A stretch of DNA of 64,000 bases from an uncultured Gammaproteobacteria bacterium (lineage in GTDB: Bacteria > Pseudomonadota > Gammaproteobacteria > Pseudomonadales > Pseudohongiellaceae), in assembly GCA_903853385.1 (NCBI GenBank), contig CAINTJ010000001.1:14629-78628 (forward strand), in the 5' to 3' direction. Shown one piece after another: positions 19,017 through 28,541 of the stretch (position 1 is the first letter of the stretch; the number at the start of each line of letters is the position of its first letter). The notes under the pieces were generated by a model. It did not search any database. It had not been told where the DNA came from and saw only the letters and a program-made list of their open reading frames with translations. The translations under genes were made by a program, and so were the position numbers.

Positions 19017-20252
19017 GTGTCTGTAACCGACAACGTGCTGGAATTCCTGGAGTTCATGGAGGCCCAGGGCAAGCAGTCAGTAGAAGCTTTGCTTAACAGC
19101 TTGCTGCAGAAAAGCCGCAGCATGTCCAGGGCCGAGGCTGGCACCATTTTCATTCTTCACACTACTCGTGGCAAACGTCACTTGAAACCCGTATGCGTGC
19201 AAAATGATGCAGTCAAAATCAAAAAAACCGATTTTGACATTCCGGTGGGCAAGGGCTCCATCGCCGGCTACGTGGCAGCCACTGGCGACATACTGTTACT
19301 GCGAGATGTCTATGCCATACCTGCCGGCAATGACTACAGCTTTGATCCGGGTTTCGAGCATCGTGATTATCGCACGAAGTCGATGCTGTGTTTTCCCTTG
19401 CGCAATTACCAGGATCGTATCATTGGCGTTGTGCAATTGATCAATTGCCGCCCGGACAAGCGTAAAGCTCCGCTCGCCTTCCCACGTGAATTCGTCAAAC
19501 TGGTAACACCCATCGCCCGGGTGGCCGGCGGCTCAATCGAACGGGCCATGATGCTGGAGCGCATCGAGCAGAAGAACCGCACCCTGCGTGAACGCAATCG
19601 CATGCTGGCAACCCAGCGCCAACAAATCATCGACTCGCAACATGAAACCGAAGAAGCCTTCCAGGTGTCGATCAGACTGCTGGCGCGCGCTGCTGAAATT
19701 CATGATGAAGAAACCGGCCAGCACATTGTGCGTGTCAATGAATACAGTTATACGCTGGCGCAGCTGGCCGGCATGCCGCAAGCCTTTTGCGACGAAATCC
19801 GCTACAGCGCCCAGTTGCATGACGTGGGAAAAATGAGCGTCGATGCCGCTGTGCTCAAGAAAAAGGGGCTGCTCAACAAGCATGAACGCCAGGAGATGGA
19901 TCAGCACACTGTATACGGTTTCCAGATCCTGTCGGCATCGGCGCGATTGACGATGGGAGCCGAAATTGCGCATTTCCACCATGAGAAGTGGGACGGCAGC
20001 GGTTACCCGGTCGGGCTCAAGGGTGAAGCAATTCCGATGTCAGCGCGCATCGTGCAAATCGCCGACGCCTATGATGCCTTGCGCTCGGAGCGTCCTTACA
20101 AAACCGGGTTCAGCCATGACAAGACTGTCCAGATTCTGACCCATGGTGATGAGCGCATCAATCCCGCGGCTCACTTCGATCCGCGCCTGTTACAACTGTT
20201 CACTGCCAACCACCCGCGTTTTAAAGAGATTTGGAATCGTTTGCATGATTGA
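19017..20252 (+). CDS. GAF domain-containing HD-GYP phosphodiesterase
   Basis: 411 aa with a GTG start and an AAGGAG SD. The N-terminal region is GAF-like, followed by the HDVGKMSV and HHEKWDGSGYP motifs. Confidence 0.9.
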   Translation: MSVTDNVLEFLEFMEAQGKQSVEALLNSLLQKSRSMSRAEAGTIFILHTTRGKRHLKPVCVQNDAVKIKKTDFDIPVGKGSIAGYVAATGDILLLRDVYAIPAGNDYSFDPGFEHRDYRTKSMLCFPLRNYQDRIIGVVQLINCRPDKRKAPLAFPREFVKLVTPIARVAGGSIERAMMLERIEQKNRTLRERNRMLATQRQQIIDSQHETEEAFQVSIRLLARAAEIHDEETGQHIVRVNEYSYTLAQLAGMPQAFCDEIRYSAQLHDVGKMSVDAAVLKKKGLLNKHERQEMDQHTVYGFQILSASARLTMGAEIAHFHHEKWDGSGYPVGLKGEAIPMSARIVQIADAYDALRSERPYKTGFSHDKTVQILTHGDERINPAAHFDPRLLQLFTANHPRFKEIWNRLHD

Positions 20253-22539
20253 TATAGCAACTAAGACTACCGGCTGCGCCACACGCACAGGTGCATGCAT
20301 ACTGTTACTGGCACTCGGCCTTGCCAATGCTCCGGTGCAGGCCCAGGTGGCGGGCGCGATCATCAATCCTGAACCCGGTAAAAAGATCAGCATTCCCCAC
20401 TTGGAGCAGGCCGCCCATATCGACGGCAAACTCGACGATGGCGAATGGGCGCAAGCCGCGCTAGTTGATGATTTCTACCAGAATTACCCGGTCGAATTTG
20501 CCAAACCGACCCAGCATACCGAGGTGAGGGTTTATTACACTGCCGATGCCTTGTATGTGTCGGCACGCATGACGGAATCAGATCCTTCCCAAATTGCCGC
20601 GCGGGTACTCAGGCAGGGGCAGGGCCTGGGTTCGGATGATATTTTTGCGCTGATCCTCGATCCCTACCTTGACCGCCGCAACGGCTACCGCTTTGAGGTA
20701 AACCCCAATGGTGTGCGCTGGGATGGTTTGTTCCAGAACATCAGCGATGTGGAAGGTAACTGGGACGGCATCTGGGAAGCGGCTGCCACCACCGATGCCG
20801 GAGGCTGGTCGGTGGAAATGCGGATTCCGTTCCAGACACTGTCATTCAATCCCAACTCCGATACCTGGGGCATCAATTTCCTGCGCGTGCGTCGCAACAC
20901 CAATGAAAGCATTGCCTGGCTGTCGCGCAATCGTGAAGTGAATCCGAGTGTGGCTGGCATCATGACCGGCCTCAATGGCTTGAAGCAGGGAGTCGGGCTG
21001 GATCTGGTACCTTCATTTTCAATGTCGAAGCGACGCAAGTTCGGTCCTGGTGGTGCGGATGCCAACAAATACGAACCTTCTGTCGACATGTTCTACAAGG
21101 TGACGCCGCAACTGAATGCGGCACTCACGCTCAATACTGATTTCTCTGCCACCGAAGTCGATGACCGCCAGGTCAACCTGACCCGTTTCAATAGCTTTTT
21201 TCCCGAGAAACGTGATTTTTTTCTGCGCGATGTCGATATTTTCGAGTTCGGTCAGATCGGCTCGGGTGGCTTCAATGCAGTGTCCGGCACCGGCTCGGCC
21301 GCGGCCACCACGCCGGCCAAGCAGAATGCCCGGCCGTTTTTCTCCCGCAAGCTGGGGCTCGACAGTTCCGGTGCGCCGGTCGATATCATCGCCGGCGGCA
21401 AGCTCAGTGGTCGTATCGACAACTGGAATGTCGGTGCGCTGGTGATCGATCAGGATGCCAGCGCTGTTACCGGGGTTGAGGCTCGTAACATTTTTGTGGG
21501 GCGCACTGTATTGAATGTGGGCTCGCACACACAGATCGGCGCTATTGTTACCGACGGTGATCCGCAGTCCAATCGTGACAACACACTGGTAGGAACCGAT
21601 TTCCGTTACCGCAATGCCAACTTCTACGGCAACGCTGTGGAAACCGTGGCTTTTTACGAGCAAACCCAAAGCCAGGGGGTGAGCAACTCTGATAATGCTG
21701 CTTTCGGTTTCGGTATGGTGCTGCCCAACAGTCAGGGCTGGCAAGGGCTCTATAACTACCGGCAAGTACAATCGAATTTCAATCCGGCCGTGGGTTATGT
21801 GAACCGCACCGGCATAGAGGACCATCATCTCAATTTCGGTTATCGCCAATTCCTGCCGCCGAGTGATTTTTTCCGCTCGGTATTGTTTGCTGCGGAAGGC
21901 TATCGCGCTGAAACCCTCACTGACGGCAAGCTGCTGACTGAGAATATGGGATTCCGCATCTCCTCATTTACCAATACCAACGATGCTGCTTTCGTACGTT
22001 ATATTTTCAACAAGGAGGTACTGGCGCGGCCATTCACCATCTACCATGCCACCGATGGCAAAAAGAATGTGGTGATTCCGGCCGGAGAATATCCCTATGC
22101 AGAATTTCTGGGTTCAGTCCAGCTTGGTACTCACCGCAAGCTCTCCGGCAACCTTTATCTGCAAGCAGGCGACTATTACAACGGCACTCATCTGCAGGAA
22201 CGCGGCAACGTTACCTGGCGCCCCAACCGTTATTTCAGCACAGATGTGTCGTTTACCATCGACAACATAAAATTGCCGGCCGGTGATTTCATTGTCCGGC
22301 AATTCGGCTTTACTACGGTGGTTGCGTTTTCTTCTACGCTGGCGTGGAGCAATCTGCTGCAGTACGACAACGTGTCAGAAAATCTCGGCATCAACAGTCG
22401 CCTGCACTGGATACCAAAAGCCGGACAGCAAGCTTTTCTGGTGCTGAACTGGGGTATGGTGGATCTCGACAAGGACCATAATTTCACTTCAGTCGTGGCC
22501 GATCTGTCGTTGAAATTCAATTACACGTTAAGGTTTTAG
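20245..22539 (+). CDS. CBM9-like/DUF5916 domain protein (probable outer-membrane or secreted)
   Basis: Start at the in-frame ATG at 20245, followed by the signal peptide ...ACILLLALGLANAPVQA. A GKLDDGEWAQA CBM9-like N-terminal segment is followed by a beta-rich C-terminal part ending in ...YTLRF. It overlaps the HD-GYP stop by 8 nt. Confidence 0.7.
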   Translation: MIDIATKTTGCATRTGACILLLALGLANAPVQAQVAGAIINPEPGKKISIPHLEQAAHIDGKLDDGEWAQAALVDDFYQNYPVEFAKPTQHTEVRVYYTADALYVSARMTESDPSQIAARVLRQGQGLGSDDIFALILDPYLDRRNGYRFEVNPNGVRWDGLFQNISDVEGNWDGIWEAAATTDAGGWSVEMRIPFQTLSFNPNSDTWGINFLRVRRNTNESIAWLSRNREVNPSVAGIMTGLNGLKQGVGLDLVPSFSMSKRRKFGPGGADANKYEPSVDMFYKVTPQLNAALTLNTDFSATEVDDRQVNLTRFNSFFPEKRDFFLRDVDIFEFGQIGSGGFNAVSGTGSAAATTPAKQNARPFFSRKLGLDSSGAPVDIIAGGKLSGRIDNWNVGALVIDQDASAVTGVEARNIFVGRTVLNVGSHTQIGAIVTDGDPQSNRDNTLVGTDFRYRNANFYGNAVETVAFYEQTQSQGVSNSDNAAFGFGMVLPNSQGWQGLYNYRQVQSNFNPAVGYVNRTGIEDHHLNFGYRQFLPPSDFFRSVLFAAEGYRAETLTDGKLLTENMGFRISSFTNTNDAAFVRYIFNKEVLARPFTIYHATDGKKNVVIPAGEYPYAEFLGSVQLGTHRKLSGNLYLQAGDYYNGTHLQERGNVTWRPNRYFSTDVSFTIDNIKLPAGDFIVRQFGFTTVVAFSSTLAWSNLLQYDNVSENLGINSRLHWIPKAGQQAFLVLNWGMVDLDKDHNFTSVVADLSLKFNYTLRF

Positions 22540-22658
22540 CCGCGTTTCCAGTTGCGCTGCATGTTGGTCCGCCCGCGCAAACCGGCTGATTCCCATGCAA
22601 CATGCAAGATAGTAAAAGCAATAATACAGATATAGTCGCCAGCACAGGAGCCCAAGGC

Positions 22659-23360
22659 ATGATCTTTCAATCCCCCAAAATTGTTTTTTTGTTGGCCTGC
22701 CTGTGCGTAGGTAGTGCGCCTTCGGCCTTGCAGGCTGCTGACAGCAAGTCGCCGGTTATCGCCGCTCCCCCTAAAACCCTCATGGCAGCCCCTGCGTTGA
22801 CTCCCCTGTCTGGACTGGAAGGCCCGGTACCTGTGCTAGATGAGAAGCAAACAATTCGCATGCATACCAGTAATGGAGACATCGTGATCGAAGTGTATCC
22901 AGCCGCGGCTCCGCATGCGGTGCAACGTTTTGTGGAATTGGTTAAAAACGGTTTTTACAACAACACGCCGGTATCGCGGGTAGTGCCAGGATTTGTAGCC
23001 CAGTTCGGCATCAACTGGCGCCCGCAATACAAGACCTGGGAAAACAAGTTTTTCAAGGATGATGTGACAAAGTTTGCGCTGGAGCGCGGCACACTGGCGT
23101 TTGCCAAGGCAGGTGCTGATACCAATGCCACCCAGGTATTTATCAACTATGCCGACAATAACCGGCTGGCGGTCCGTATGTACAACTTCACGACCTTCGG
23201 CAAGGTTGTCACTGGCATGGAGGTGGTGGACAGTTTCGCGGATGTAGGCGAGCCGGGCATGGGGCTGGATCAGGACCGGCTGTGGAAGGATGGCGATGCT
23301 TATCTGAATTCGCTCACCCAAAAGCCCACGATGATCATCAGTGCTGAACTCGTAAAATGA
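22659..23360 (+). CDS. cyclophilin-type peptidyl-prolyl cis-trans isomerase (periplasmic)
   Basis: ATG at 22659 lies 8 nt after an AGGAG SD, and a signal peptide follows. The segment TSNGDIVIEVYPAAAPHAVQRFVELVKNGFYNNTPVSRVVPGFVAQFG is a cyclophilin signature. Confidence 0.9.
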   Translation: MIFQSPKIVFLLACLCVGSAPSALQAADSKSPVIAAPPKTLMAAPALTPLSGLEGPVPVLDEKQTIRMHTSNGDIVIEVYPAAAPHAVQRFVELVKNGFYNNTPVSRVVPGFVAQFGINWRPQYKTWENKFFKDDVTKFALERGTLAFAKAGADTNATQVFINYADNNRLAVRMYNFTTFGKVVTGMEVVDSFADVGEPGMGLDQDRLWKDGDAYLNSLTQKPTMIISAELVK

Positions 23361-23408
23361 GCAAGGCAGCATAAAAACCCTGTTTGAGGAACAATCCGTT
23401 CAAGCCAT

Positions 23409-24659
23409 ATGAATCATCGCCACGTCCTGTTTGCCAGCCTGATCGGCACCACCATTGAATTTTTCGACTTCTACATCTATGGCACGGCCGCGGTACTGGT
23501 ATTTCCGGCACTGTTCTTTCCAGGCAGTGATCCTGTCACTGCCAAGTTGCAGTCGCTGGCAACATTTGCACTGGCCTTTCTGGCGCGGCCGATCGGCTCG
23601 GCAGTGTTTGGTCATTTCGGTGACCGCATTGGTCGTAAAGCCACCCTGGTGGCAGCGCTGCTGACGATGGGACTGTCCACGGTCTGCATTGGTTTGTTGC
23701 CAACCTATGCCATGCTCGGGGTGGTGGCGCCGACTTTGTTGGCGCTGTGCCGCTTCGGTCAAGGCATCGGCTTGGGGGGTGAATGGGGCGGGGCAGTTTT
23801 GCTTGCTACGGAAAATGCCCCCGCAGGCAAACGCGCCTGGTATGGCATGTTTCCGCAATTGGGAGCACCGATCGGTTTCATTCTTGCCAACGGCCTGTTC
23901 GTGCTGCTCGGTAGCACACTCGACGACCAGCAATTTTTCAGCTGGGGTTGGCGCATTCCTTTCCTCGCCAGTTTGCTGCTGGTGTTTGTCGGTCTGTATG
24001 TGCGTTTGCGGATTACCGAAACTCCAGCCTTCCGGGAAGCCATTGATCGCAATGAACGCGTGGCAATGCCGCTCTTCACTGTTTTGCGGGATCACATGGT
24101 TGTGCTGGTGCTGGCTACGCTGGCCGCTGTCACCACTTTCGTGATTTTCTACCTGATGACAGTGTTCACGCTCAGCTATGGCACGCAAAGCCTTGGGTTT
24201 GTGCGGCAGGACTTTCTGATCCTGCAGATCATCGCGGTAATATTCTTCGGACTTTGCATTCCATTGTCGGCCAAGATAGCCGAGCGCATCGGCAGCATGC
24301 CGATGTTGATTGCTGCCACCGTGTTAATCATAGCGTTCGGCCTGGCCTTCGGGCCGCTGTTCAGCTCCGGGGATAAAACCAGTGTGTTGTTGATGCTGTC
24401 ACTGGGTCTGGCAGCCATGGGGCTTACCTATGGGCCGCTCGGCACTGCGCTGGCCGATACCTTTCCGACGCCTGTGCGTTACACCGGCGCCTCACTGGCG
24501 TTTAATTTCGCGGGTATTGCCGGGGGTTCATTGGCCCCCTACATTGCGACAGAACTTGCCACAACCTACGGCATTGCCGCCGTAGGTTACTATTTGTGCG
24601 GTGCCGGAGTGGTAACGCTGACTGCTTTACTGCTGCTAAAACGCGTTACCGGCAGATAA
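23409..24659 (+). CDS. MFS transporter, metabolite:H+ symporter (MHS) type
   Basis: 416 aa with 12 TM segments. The N-terminal EFFDFYIYGTAA and GHFGDRIGRK motifs are typical of MHS family members. Confidence 0.9.
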   Translation: MNHRHVLFASLIGTTIEFFDFYIYGTAAVLVFPALFFPGSDPVTAKLQSLATFALAFLARPIGSAVFGHFGDRIGRKATLVAALLTMGLSTVCIGLLPTYAMLGVVAPTLLALCRFGQGIGLGGEWGGAVLLATENAPAGKRAWYGMFPQLGAPIGFILANGLFVLLGSTLDDQQFFSWGWRIPFLASLLLVFVGLYVRLRITETPAFREAIDRNERVAMPLFTVLRDHMVVLVLATLAAVTTFVIFYLMTVFTLSYGTQSLGFVRQDFLILQIIAVIFFGLCIPLSAKIAERIGSMPMLIAATVLIIAFGLAFGPLFSSGDKTSVLLMLSLGLAAMGLTYGPLGTALADTFPTPVRYTGASLAFNFAGIAGGSLAPYIATELATTYGIAAVGYYLCGAGVVTLTALLLLKRVTGR

Positions 24660-24735
24660 ATATTCTGCCTGTTCGTGTCCGCCCGGATATGCTTGCTCCG
24701 GTACCCCTGTTGGTCTGACTGAAAACTGCGCGGAC

Positions 24736-26280
24736 TCAGTGCGGAATTATCTCGGCCAGCACCCGCCCGGTACTGCCACTGGGGGTGGCAATGTTCAACA
24801 GATCAGCCAGCGTGGGAGCAATATCCTGCACGGCAGCATCAGCAGCATATTGGCCAGGCTCAACCAGAGCGTGCGGGCCGTAGAAAATCATTGGCACATG
24901 CGTGTCGTAGCTGTAGGGCGTGCCGTGGTTGGTGCCGGTGCCACCAGCCAGCCAGTTGGGTTCGTGCAGCACCAGCACATCACCACTGTGTTCAGCATTG
25001 AAGCCGTTACGGACGCGCTGGTCGATGCGATCGCCGGAGATCGGGGTAGTGGTCAGTTCAGTGCGGGTATAGACGCGTACCACTTGCGGTTGTTTGCGCA
25101 AGACCTCGGCGGCCACCTGTTCCACGTCGCTCATGCGCAGATGTTTGCCGGCGGCAGTCTCGGGATTGAGATACAGGCCCAGGTCTGCACTGCCAAGCAC
25201 GTATTTGCCTTCACCGAAGGCAGCAGTCAACGCCGTCTCTACTGCGGTGCGCTCGGTCTGGGCATTGAAGCGGCCACCGGGTAGATGCTGGCTGATGTTT
25301 TCTTCCGGTACTGGTGCCACACCATGATCAGCGGTGAACACGACCAGCACTTTGCCACGCCCTGCCTGTTTCTCGGCGGCGTCCAGTAACAGGCCCACCT
25401 TGGTGTCGATGGTTAGCACCATGTCATGCATCTTGGGGGTGTCGGGCCCGCTGCCATGTCCCACATAGTCCATCGCCGAAAAGCTGACTGACAGCAAATC
25501 GGTTTGTGCATCTACGCCGAGCAGCTCTTCCTTGAGCAAAGTCAGTGCAAAATCCAGCACCAATTGGTCGGAGAAGGGGGTAGCTTCAAGTTCGGCATTG
25601 AGTTTGGCGCCGGCACTGGCTGGCAACCTGGTACCCATCCATTCCGCCCCGGCGTATTTGTCTGCCCGGTGTTCGGCATTGAAATGCTCGGCCCACGCCG
25701 GCAGCGCATCGAAATACCAGCTACTCGACACGAAATTGCCATTGTCAGCATTGAACCAGAACGCACCATTGGCGCTGCGGCCTGCGGGCAGTATGGCCGC
25801 GCGGTCTTTCAGCGATACACCATAGATCTTGCCGCCTTTGCCCGAAATCTTCAGCTCGTCACCCACGGTCGAAACCAGCAGACGTTTCGGTGAAGCGCCG
25901 CTACCGCCGCCAAGCGCTTTGACATTGTCGTCGGTAATGCTTTGCACATTCTTGCCTTCACTGCGCTCATACCAGGTGTTGCCGGCAATGCCACTGATAG
26001 AGGGAGTGGCACCACTCAGAATCGTCGAGTGGCCCACTGCCGTAACAGTGGGAGCAGCTTCGTAGTTGGCATTGGTGAACACTGCGCCTTGTTCCAGTAA
26101 GCGTTTGAGACCCCCTTTGAATTCGCTGCCATAACGGGTGAGATAGTCGTAGCGCATCTGGTCGACGATGATGGTCAACACCAGCGCAGGCCGTTCATTA
26201 CTGGTTTGCGGCGGTTTGGCCAGCGCGAGCGGAGTGATAACAGCAAGGATTAATGCTGTGAGCAGGCTTGTTGTTTTCAT
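24736..26280 (-). CDS. alkaline phosphatase/nucleotide pyrophosphatase family protein (PafA-like, Thr nucleophile)
   Basis: 514 aa with a signal peptide. It has the VDQMRYDY and PTVTAVGHSTILSG motifs and a DHG metal site. Confidence 0.85.
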   Translation of the reverse strand: MKTTSLLTALILAVITPLALAKPPQTSNERPALVLTIIVDQMRYDYLTRYGSEFKGGLKRLLEQGAVFTNANYEAAPTVTAVGHSTILSGATPSISGIAGNTWYERSEGKNVQSITDDNVKALGGGSGASPKRLLVSTVGDELKISGKGGKIYGVSLKDRAAILPAGRSANGAFWFNADNGNFVSSSWYFDALPAWAEHFNAEHRADKYAGAEWMGTRLPASAGAKLNAELEATPFSDQLVLDFALTLLKEELLGVDAQTDLLSVSFSAMDYVGHGSGPDTPKMHDMVLTIDTKVGLLLDAAEKQAGRGKVLVVFTADHGVAPVPEENISQHLPGGRFNAQTERTAVETALTAAFGEGKYVLGSADLGLYLNPETAAGKHLRMSDVEQVAAEVLRKQPQVVRVYTRTELTTTPISGDRIDQRVRNGFNAEHSGDVLVLHEPNWLAGGTGTNHGTPYSYDTHVPMIFYGPHALVEPGQYAADAAVQDIAPTLADLLNIATPSGSTGRVLAEIIPH

Positions 26281-26488
26281 GGGGCAGGTTCCGGGTGGGC
26301 TGAAGCAAGCCCGGCCAATCTACCTGATCATCGGTAAAGGAAAAATCAAAACTTTGTTAAGAGTGCGTTGACTGGGGGCTGCTCGCTGGCCAGCCTCTGG
26401 CCATGTTCAACAACGCAGTTAAAGGAGGTGATCCAATGTCTGGTGGTATGTGTGGGTTCCAAATGGATAAGGGTTCTTGCTGCCGTGT

Positions 26489-27682
26489 TTACACCGCATG
26501 CAAACGTAATGGCAACCCAAAAGTGCCATGTGCAATGTTATTGATAATGGGTTTGGCGGCCCCGATCACTTCAATTTTCGCCACCCGTTTGCACAGTGCG
26601 CCAAAAAGGCATTCGGCTTCCAGGCGTGCCACCGATTGACCGACACAGGCATGAATGCCGGTACCAAAACCAATGTGGCCGACAATCTGGCGGCTTATGT
26701 CGAATTGGTCGGCATGATCCCAGCGGCGCGGATCACGACCGGCGGCATACATCAATGCGCCGATCTTGGCTTCAGCCGGCACAATAACGCCTTCGATGTC
26801 GAAGTCGGTAATCACGCCACGGCCCAGAAAGCGTGTGATGGATTCATAACGCAGGCTCTCTTCCAGCACGGTGCGCATCAGATTGGGGTTGGCACGCAGA
26901 TGCTGCCATTGTTCAGGAAACCTGGCGAAAGCCGCCAGCGTGTTCATCAGCGAGACGATGGTGGAATCGCTGCCGGCTGACAGAATCGACAACACCAGCA
27001 GCATGGCTTCGTCATGGGTGATTTCGCCGGTATCGGCTGCTTCATACATCTGCACGCCCATCAGGCCAGGCGCCAGGTTTTCGCGTTTGCAGGCATTCAC
27101 CACCCAGTCCAGCACCGGGCCGGCCTTGCTGAAGGTTTGATGGTAAAGCTCGTTCTCGGGGCCAAAAGTATTGAATACCACATCACCGTAATCAAGCAGG
27201 TTTTCACGTCCGCTTTCCGGCAGGCCGATTACGTCGGGGAACACTTTGAGCACATATTTGCCGACCAGATCACGGCGGCCTTCGAGCTCGACGGTGCCGT
27301 TTGCCATCAGCTGCTCCACCAGTTTTTCAGCTTCGGCAGTGAAGTGCTCCTTCATCTGTCGCATCACCGCCGGTGACATCGCGCGCTGGATCGGGCGACG
27401 CACGCGCGGATGTTTGGGGCGGTCGTCGGTGATGAGAATGTCGGCACGTACTGACTTGGGTTCAAAGAAGGGGCGTTTGAAAGCGGAGAACTGGTCGTCG
27501 TTGGCAAGAATTTTCTGGCTGTGTTCGTGACGGCCGGTGACATACATGTCGTATTGGGGGAGATAGACCACCGGCGCCATCTCGCGCAGCACAACATCGT
27601 AGTTGTCGGGATGCAGGATGGCATCCATGCAGAAGATGTCCAGGTCGGAACGCGGGCAATTGGCTGGTACGGGAAGTGTCAT
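26489..27682 (-). CDS. cytochrome P450
   Basis: 397 aa with the heme-binding loop FGTGIHACVGQSVA, an ESLRY (ExxR) motif and an AGSDST I-helix motif. Confidence 0.95.
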   Translation of the reverse strand: MTLPVPANCPRSDLDIFCMDAILHPDNYDVVLREMAPVVYLPQYDMYVTGRHEHSQKILANDDQFSAFKRPFFEPKSVRADILITDDRPKHPRVRRPIQRAMSPAVMRQMKEHFTAEAEKLVEQLMANGTVELEGRRDLVGKYVLKVFPDVIGLPESGRENLLDYGDVVFNTFGPENELYHQTFSKAGPVLDWVVNACKRENLAPGLMGVQMYEAADTGEITHDEAMLLVLSILSAGSDSTIVSLMNTLAAFARFPEQWQHLRANPNLMRTVLEESLRYESITRFLGRGVITDFDIEGVIVPAEAKIGALMYAAGRDPRRWDHADQFDISRQIVGHIGFGTGIHACVGQSVARLEAECLFGALCKRVAKIEVIGAAKPIINNIAHGTFGLPLRLHAV

Positions 27683-27752
27683 GGGTAGCCTCTGTTATGT
27701 GCATGCTTAATCATGTTTTGGCTCAGTTGAAGCCTTGAGTTGCATCGATAAT

Positions 27753-28541
27753 TTACTGATCAAGTCTAACAACAATCCCATCCATCGCGGGCGACGGTGC
27801 CTTGAAACGTTTCATCACTTCCGGGTCGTGGCCGGGGATAATGCGGGTGGGGTCGCCGGCCAGGGCGCGCAACTTGTCCCAGCCGTCGACCATCGCAGTG
27901 ACTTCGGCGACGATGGGGAAGGGGCGGCCTTGCTCCATGTTGGCAAGATAGTGGCTGGCGTCGGAGGCGAGCACCAGCCAGCCGCTGTCAGTCCACAGGC
28001 GCACACACTGCAGGCCCTTGGTATGTCCGCCGATCAGGTGCAGCGAAATATTGGGCGCCAGTTGCACATCGCCGGCATGAAAGCAGACGCGGCCGGCGTA
28101 GACATTGCGCACCATGGCTACCACTTCATCCACTTCATAAGCACCGCTGAAAAACGCTTTGCTCATGTGGCGACCGGTGGCATAGGCTAGTTCGGCATCC
28201 TGCAGGTGAAAGCGTGCCTGGGGAAACAGCTCGAAGTTGCCAATGTGGTCATAGTGCAGATGGGTGACGATCAGGTCTTCCACAGTCGACGCATCAACAC
28301 CCAGCAGCTGGAGTCCGGCGGTGGGGCAGCGCAGGAAATTGCGTTTGCGTTTGCTGGCAGAGGCCTGATTGAAGCCGGTGTCGATGACCCAGGTCTTGCT
28401 GGCGCTGATGGCCACCCACACGAAATAATCCATATCCATGCCATGCTCATGCGGATCGCCGCCAATGAAATTCTCGCTGGCATGGCGCGCTACTGTGGCG
28501 TAGCGGATGGCATAAACCTTGAACGGTTGCAGAGTTTTCAT
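27753..28541 (-). CDS. MBL-fold hydrolase, N-acyl-homoserine-lactonase-like
   Basis: 262 aa with the THLHYDHIGN (HxHxDH) motif. Its start overlaps the upstream stop (ATGA). Confidence 0.82.
   Translation of the reverse strand: MKTLQPFKVYAIRYATVARHASENFIGGDPHEHGMDMDYFVWVAISASKTWVIDTGFNQASASKRKRNFLRCPTAGLQLLGVDASTVEDLIVTHLHYDHIGNFELFPQARFHLQDAELAYATGRHMSKAFFSGAYEVDEVVAMVRNVYAGRVCFHAGDVQLAPNISLHLIGGHTKGLQCVRLWTDSGWLVLASDASHYLANMEQGRPFPIVAEVTAMVDGWDKLRALAGDPTRIIPGHDPEVMKRFKAPSPAMDGIVVRLDQ

Noticed and set aside
20143-20244. N-terminal 34-codon extension of the DUF5916-like ORF
   Set aside because: The extension lies inside the HD-GYP coding region in another frame and has no signal peptide. The ATG at 20245 is followed immediately by a signal peptide.
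26419-26436. The minus-strand TTGGATCACCTCCTTT as a fragment of a 16S rRNA gene
   Set aside because: Only about 16 nt match. The bases that would precede it in 16S rRNA (…GAACCTGCGG) are absent, and no other rRNA-like sequence is nearby.
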